Shown: positions 59,788 through 64,000 of the stretch, piece after piece
How the letters are laid out: every line of letters starts with the position of its first letter
Numbering within the stretch: the stretch's first letter is position 1
Assembly: GCA_017610005.1 (NCBI GenBank)
Contig: JAFCCU010000001.1
Location: 80,371-144,370 of the forward strand
DNA: 64,000 bases
Direction of reading: 5' to 3'
Source: Candidatus Woesearchaeota archaeon
Lineage (GTDB): Archaea > Nanobdellota > Nanobdellia > Woesearchaeales > B29-G15
Made by a program: the position numbers and the translations under genes
Notes under the pieces: model-generated
Databases searched by the model: none
Told to the model about the DNA's origin: nothing
Seen by the model: only the letters and a program-made list of their open reading frames with translations

Positions 59788-60168
59788 ATGGTCATTTACC
59801 AATTTAATGGGGTAACGTATGACCAAATTTCTGCAACACTAATTGATCGTGGTATTACTTTTAAAGAGATCGCTGAACCCAAGAAAGTGACAGATAGATT
59901 CTATCGTTGTCATTGGATTGATTTATCCTCGGAAACAGATAGGAATCAATTCCGATTAGCCTTAGAAAGGCAACCCTTGCATGTGAGGGTGCGGGGAAAT
60001 GCGAGGAAAGGATTCACTTTATATTATTACGCAGGGTATAAGATAGAAAAAGTTGAAGATTTAGATGGGATTACTGGGGAACTTAAAGATGGCCTTATTC
60101 GTGAAAGAACAATTGTTACCCTCAATGCACAGATTCCAAGCGACCTTGAAATAAAAATTCATAAATAA
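59788..60168 (+). CDS. hypothetical protein
   Basis: TTTATAAG about 32 nt upstream. Confidence 0.6.
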   Translation: MVIYQFNGVTYDQISATLIDRGITFKEIAEPKKVTDRFYRCHWIDLSSETDRNQFRLALERQPLHVRVRGNARKGFTLYYYAGYKIEKVEDLDGITGELKDGLIRERTIVTLNAQIPSDLEIKIHK

Positions 60169-60174
60169 AAAAGT

Positions 60175-60453
60175 TTATGCCATTAATTGATGATTATAGG
60201 CTATTTCTAATAATCTCGCAATATTTGTTGCAGAGGTAATATTAACTTTAAACAACATATGCTTTTCATCTTGCACAAGTTCTGCTAAAGTTTCTCTTCC
60301 ACCAACAACTCTCCTTTGCACAAGCAAATTATTGCCTTGGCCCACTAAATACCATCTTTTTAAGGGAAGTTCATCATTAAAAACAACTTCTCCTAACTCA
60401 GATATTAGCTCTTCACGTTCACTTGGTTCGATACAAAATATTGTTTCTTGCAT
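60175..60453 (-). CDS. hypothetical protein
   Basis: AAGGTGA SD before ATG 60453. Confidence 0.6.
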   Translation of the reverse strand: MQETIFCIEPSEREELISELGEVVFNDELPLKRWYLVGQGNNLLVQRRVVGGRETLAELVQDEKHMLFKVNITSATNIARLLEIAYNHQLMA

Positions 60454-60586
60454 TTTTTTCACCTTTATTCCAATTAGCAAGTTGCATCTTTAAATTGTTT
60501 CACGAGAATATTAGACTATGCCTATTTATGATGAGAAAAATTAGATTATTTCTTTAGTTTAAGAGAGTAAATACAATTCTGATAAA

Positions 60587-61438
60587 TTACTTAAAAACCA
60601 TCGCAGCATATCCTACTGCATTCTTATAATCCTTAGAAATATCTCCAGAAGTATAGTAATTTAATAATCTAATATCACATTTTGGGAGTAAAACAAGTAA
60701 AATTGCAATGCCCATCATCCCACAGATTGTAGCTCCAGTTTCTTCAATGTAGTCAACAAATTTATTCATATCTTGCGCTTTAATAAGCTTAATTGCTCCA
60801 GCATCAAGATCATACATTTTTTGTGCTTTATCAAGTTCAAAAGGTATAAAACCATAAGCTGGCCCATAATGGGTAAAATCACTGCTAACAATGACTACAA
60901 CTCTTTTTCTTGATTCTAAAATCGTTTCTTTTAAGTCGAGAGCAAATTTAGTAATGCTTAAATCATTAGATAGTAAAACTGGAACTATTTTAATATCATT
61001 TAGATGGTCTTTACAAGCATATTGTAAAAAAGGTAGCTGCACTTCAATTGAATGTTCCCCTGGCATATTACTTAATTCTAAATCACTCTTTTCAACTAAT
61101 AATCTAACAAAATCCTTATCAGTTCTAACAAGCCCTAGAGGAGTTTTCCAATCATCCATCATTGTAGAAGATTTTCCAACACTTGAATGGTTGGGCCCTA
61201 GAATAATATAAATATCTGCAAACTCAGCTTCTGCAAGTTCTTTATATGCCCATGCAGCGCAAGCACCAGAATAGATATATCCTGCGTGAGGTGCAATAAT
61301 GCCTTTAATCTCTCCTTTTCTTGGCCCAGGCAAGACTCCAGGCCCCCTCTTCCCGACAAAACAGTTCTTTAGTTGAACATCTAGCTCTTCAAAGTTTCCA
61401 GCATAAAATTGCCCAGCAACAACTGGTGTGCGAACCAT
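60587..61438 (-). CDS. amrB: AmmeMemoRadiSam system protein B (MEMO1 family)
   Basis: 'VAGQFY', 'PHAGYIYSG', 'EHSIEVQLPFLQ', 'SSDFTHYG', 'TICG', 'VGYAA'. Confidence 0.95.
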   Translation of the reverse strand: MVRTPVVAGQFYAGNFEELDVQLKNCFVGKRGPGVLPGPRKGEIKGIIAPHAGYIYSGACAAWAYKELAEAEFADIYIILGPNHSSVGKSSTMMDDWKTPLGLVRTDKDFVRLLVEKSDLELSNMPGEHSIEVQLPFLQYACKDHLNDIKIVPVLLSNDLSITKFALDLKETILESRKRVVVIVSSDFTHYGPAYGFIPFELDKAQKMYDLDAGAIKLIKAQDMNKFVDYIEETGATICGMMGIAILLVLLPKCDIRLLNYYTSGDISKDYKNAVGYAAMVFK

Positions 61439-61537
61439 AAAATAGAAGGTGTATATTTTATTAATATAATTTATGGTTTAGCTTAAATTATAAAATTAAT
61501 CAAAAACTATTTAAAAAGCCTACAATAATTAATTCAA

Positions 61538-62068
61538 ATGTCTAAAAAATTAGCTATGGGATTATTTGCAAAAGAAAGAGTCTTATTACAAGATTCTGAT
61601 GAAACGAGAGAACTTTTAAATAAATCTGGTTTTGGGAAAAAAATAGCTTCAGGACAAATCCAAATTTCACTTCTAGAAGCATTATATCTAATCCAAGCTG
61701 AAAAAATCGCAATAAAAGATGGGAGAAAGGTTCTTGATTATGAAAAACTTTTAAAAATTGTTACAAAGAAAGATGATAGATTCTATATTAGATTCTGCGT
61801 ATTTAAAGATATTAGGGATAGAGGGTATATTTGTAAAACAGCACTTAAATTTGGCGCTGACTTTAGAGTCTATGATCGTGGTGTAAAACCAGGAGAAGAC
61901 CATGCTAAATGGGTGTTATATGCAGTTCATGAATCTGAAAAACTAACATGGCATGAGTTTGCAGCAAAAAATAGAGTTGCTCATTCTACTAAGAAAAAAC
62001 TTGTTATTGGCATAGTAGATGATGAAAGTGATGTAACATATTATGAATGTGCATGGCTTAGACCTTAA
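61538..62068 (+). CDS. endA: tRNA-splicing endonuclease
   Basis: 'SLLEALYL', 'KTALKFGADFRVY', 'HAKW', 'RVAHSTKK'. Confidence 0.95.
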   Translation: MSKKLAMGLFAKERVLLQDSDETRELLNKSGFGKKIASGQIQISLLEALYLIQAEKIAIKDGRKVLDYEKLLKIVTKKDDRFYIRFCVFKDIRDRGYICKTALKFGADFRVYDRGVKPGEDHAKWVLYAVHESEKLTWHEFAAKNRVAHSTKKKLVIGIVDDESDVTYYECAWLRP

Positions 62069-62069
62069 T

Positions 62070-62223
62070 AGTCTGAAGTAAGAAGTCTGAAGTCTGAAGT
62101 CTGAAGTCTGAAGTAAGAAGTCTGAAGTCTGAAGTCTGAAGTCTGAAGTCTGAAGTAAGAAGTCTGAAGTCTGAAGTCTGAAGTAAGAAGTCTGAAGTCA
62201 GAAGTTGGGAGTCGGGAGTCAGG
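62070..62223 (-). repeat. heptamer tandem repeat (AGTCTGA/AGTAAGA on +) x22
   Basis: Reverse complement of the ACTTCAG/ACTTCTT units at 47446-47578; last units degenerate. Confidence 0.95.
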
Positions 62224-62318
62224 AGGTCAAAGTTCGAGAAGTTATATTTTTGTTGTATTAATTGCACACTTCCAAAAAGTTTAAATAGAGATTGTCTTAC
62301 TAAATTGCGGGAAAAGAG

Positions 62319-62873
62319 ATGATAGAGATAAAGTTTATAGGAAGAGGGGGGCAAGGTGGTAAGACTGCGGCTTATTTGGCTGCTGAAGCTGCTTTTGCAG
62401 CTGGCAAACAGGTTCAGGCATTCCCTGAATTTGGACCTGAAAGAGAAGGAGCACCAGTATTTGCTTTTACACGAATTTCTGATTCATCGATAAAAATTCA
62501 TTCTGGTGTAACTAACCCTGATATTGTAATTTTGATTGATGAATCACTTTGTGATGAATTGGATGTTATGGCTGGAGTAAAAAAAGGGTCGCCAGTTATT
62601 GTTAATGCTCCAAAAATAAGTTCAAAATTAAAAAGAAAATTAAAAGGAGCTAGCATTCATTATGTTGATGCTACCAAAATTGCTTTAGCACATTTAGGCA
62701 GAAATATTCCAAATCTTGCTATGCTTGGAGCATTAGCAACTGTAAGTGATTTATTTTCTTTAGATTCCTTAGAAAAAGCATTTAAAAAAGAATTGGGGCA
62801 CAAATTAAAGCCTGAAGTAATTAACAAGAATATTTTAGCTATGGAAGAAGCAGCAAAACAGGTAAAAGAATGA
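62319..62873 (+). CDS. porG: pyruvate/2-oxoacid:ferredoxin oxidoreductase gamma subunit
   Basis: 'GRGGQGGKT', 'FPEFGPEREGAPV', 'PNLAMLGAL'. Confidence 0.93.
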   Translation: MIEIKFIGRGGQGGKTAAYLAAEAAFAAGKQVQAFPEFGPEREGAPVFAFTRISDSSIKIHSGVTNPDIVILIDESLCDELDVMAGVKKGSPVIVNAPKISSKLKRKLKGASIHYVDATKIALAHLGRNIPNLAMLGALATVSDLFSLDSLEKAFKKELGHKLKPEVINKNILAMEEAAKQVKE

Positions 62874-63142
62874 AAAAATCTTGGAAAAACATGCCAGAAG
62901 GGGGCTTAATAGTTGAAGCTGGAAACTCTATTGAATTTAAAACTGGTGCTTGGGCCTCAGTTAAACCTGTTCATGATAAGAATAAGTGTGTAAATTGTTT
63001 AAAATGTCATTTTATTTGCCCGGAAGGCGCAATTTCAGTTAAGGATGGTAAAATAGACAAATTTGATCTTGATTTTTGTAAAGGTTGTGGAGTATGTGCA
63101 GAAGAATGCCCTGTAAAAGCAATAAAAATGGTGAAAAAATGA
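62870..63142 (+). CDS. porD: pyruvate:ferredoxin oxidoreductase delta subunit
   Basis: 'KTGAW', two CxxCxxCxxxCP motifs. Confidence 0.93.
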   Translation: MKKSWKNMPEGGLIVEAGNSIEFKTGAWASVKPVHDKNKCVNCLKCHFICPEGAISVKDGKIDKFDLDFCKGCGVCAEECPVKAIKMVKK

Positions 63143-64000
63143 TTAAGAAAAAAGCAATGACTGGAGCAGAAGCAGCTGCTGAAGCAATGCGTCAGATAAA
63201 CCCTGAAGTAGTTGCAGCATATCCTATTACTCCTCAAACACCAATTATGCATAAATTCTCTCAATTTGTTGCTGAAGGGGATGTTGATACTGAATATATC
63301 AATGTGGAATCTGAACATTCTGCAATGAGTGCATGTGTTGGTGCAAGTGCAGCTGGTGGAAGAGTAATGACTGCAACGTCTGCTAATGGGCTTGCATTAA
63401 TGTTTGAAATCGTTTATATTGCAGCTTCTAGTCGTTTGCCTATTGTTATGAATGTAGTTAATAGGGCGCTTTCAGGGCCAATTAATATTCACTGTGACCA
63501 TTCTGATACAATGGCCTGTAGAGATACTTCTTGGATTCAATTATACTCAGAAAATGCTGAAGAAGTTTATGAAAACAATTTAATTGCATTAAAATTAGCT
63601 GAAAAAGTAAATCTTCCTGTAATGGTTTGCCAAGATGGTTTTATCACAAGTCATGCTGTTGAAAGTATGAAGGTTTTAGATGATAAAACAGTAAAAGATT
63701 ATATAGGGGTTTATAAACCAAAATATTATTTATTAAATATAGATAAGCCAATAACTTCAGGACCTCTGGACTTTTTTGACTATTACTTCGAGCATAAAAG
63801 ACAACAAATTGAAGCAATGACTAAGGTTATTCCTGAGTTTCATAAAATAGTAAAGGATCTAAGCAAACTACTTGGAAAAGACTATGATGTTCTTGAAGAG
63901 TACCACCTTGATGATGCAGAGTATGTAATAATCTCTCTTAATTCAACTGCAGGAACTGTAAAACATACTATAGATAAATTAAGAAAAGAGGGCAAGAAAG
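63139..64000 (+). CDS. porA: pyruvate:ferredoxin oxidoreductase alpha subunit (runs off window)
   Basis: ATG 63139: MIKKKAMTGAEAAAEAM...AAYPITPQT...VESEHSAMS. Confidence 0.95.
   Translation, partial: MIKKKAMTGAEAAAEAMRQINPEVVAAYPITPQTPIMHKFSQFVAEGDVDTEYINVESEHSAMSACVGASAAGGRVMTATSANGLALMFEIVYIAASSRLPIVMNVVNRALSGPINIHCDHSDTMACRDTSWIQLYSENAEEVYENNLIALKLAEKVNLPVMVCQDGFITSHAVESMKVLDDKTVKDYIGVYKPKYYLLNIDKPITSGPLDFFDYYFEHKRQQIEAMTKVIPEFHKIVKDLSKLLGKDYDVLEEYHLDDAEYVIISLNSTAGTVKHTIDKLRKEGKK

Noticed and set aside
47446-62223. Repeat tracts plus a Cas4-like nuclease as a CRISPR system
   Set aside because: 7-nt tandem units without unique spacers; no cas1/cas2; solo PD-(D/E)XK nucleases are common
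62058-62354. 98-aa ORF with TSDFRLQ repeats
   Set aside because: Translation of the heptamer repeat tract, antisense to porG and endA ends
267-63318. Short antisense or alternative-frame ORFs (e.g. 2586-2840, 5168-5557, 9324-9782, 16568-16828, 16680-17096, 47657-48064, 52492-52899, 59361-59753, 63007-63318)
   Set aside because: Shadows of well-supported genes with no independent motifs

Overview
AT-rich, gene-dense archaeal chromosome segment. LonB, PAC2, EndA, PolB, XerA, TrmB regulators and BRE/TATA promoters about 30 nt upstream of start codons point to a small-genome DPANN archaeon, probably Woesearchaeota-like (inference). The standout feature is a 13-kb co-oriented array of ten genes (2431-15591). 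Their products have at least three unrelated body types: six signal-peptide-less right-handed beta-helix proteins, two membrane-anchored alpha-solenoids and two ORFans. Yet all ten begin with the same ~16-residue leader, consensus M-x-D-S-V-R-x-x-L-D-D-L-L-R-x-P, a candidate undescribed targeting, export or assembly signal. The array shows leader mosaicism and ATGA-coupled mini-ORF spacers, and is bracketed by two TrmB-family regulators. Other notable items: a TACT-N4-AGTA palindrome at a fixed distance from four TATA boxes (candidate regulon); xerA with an adjacent dif-like site and palindromic repeats; an AbiEii / polymerase-dead PolB / DinG cluster; a candidate 125-nt structured RNA; a NadE-NMNAT fusion; two inverted heptamer repeat tracts; and several single-base frameshifts that may be sequencing errors. 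The rest is mostly housekeeping (argS, lonB, polB, surE, tatD, endA, por genes). No tRNA, canonical rRNA or CRISPR array was recognised.
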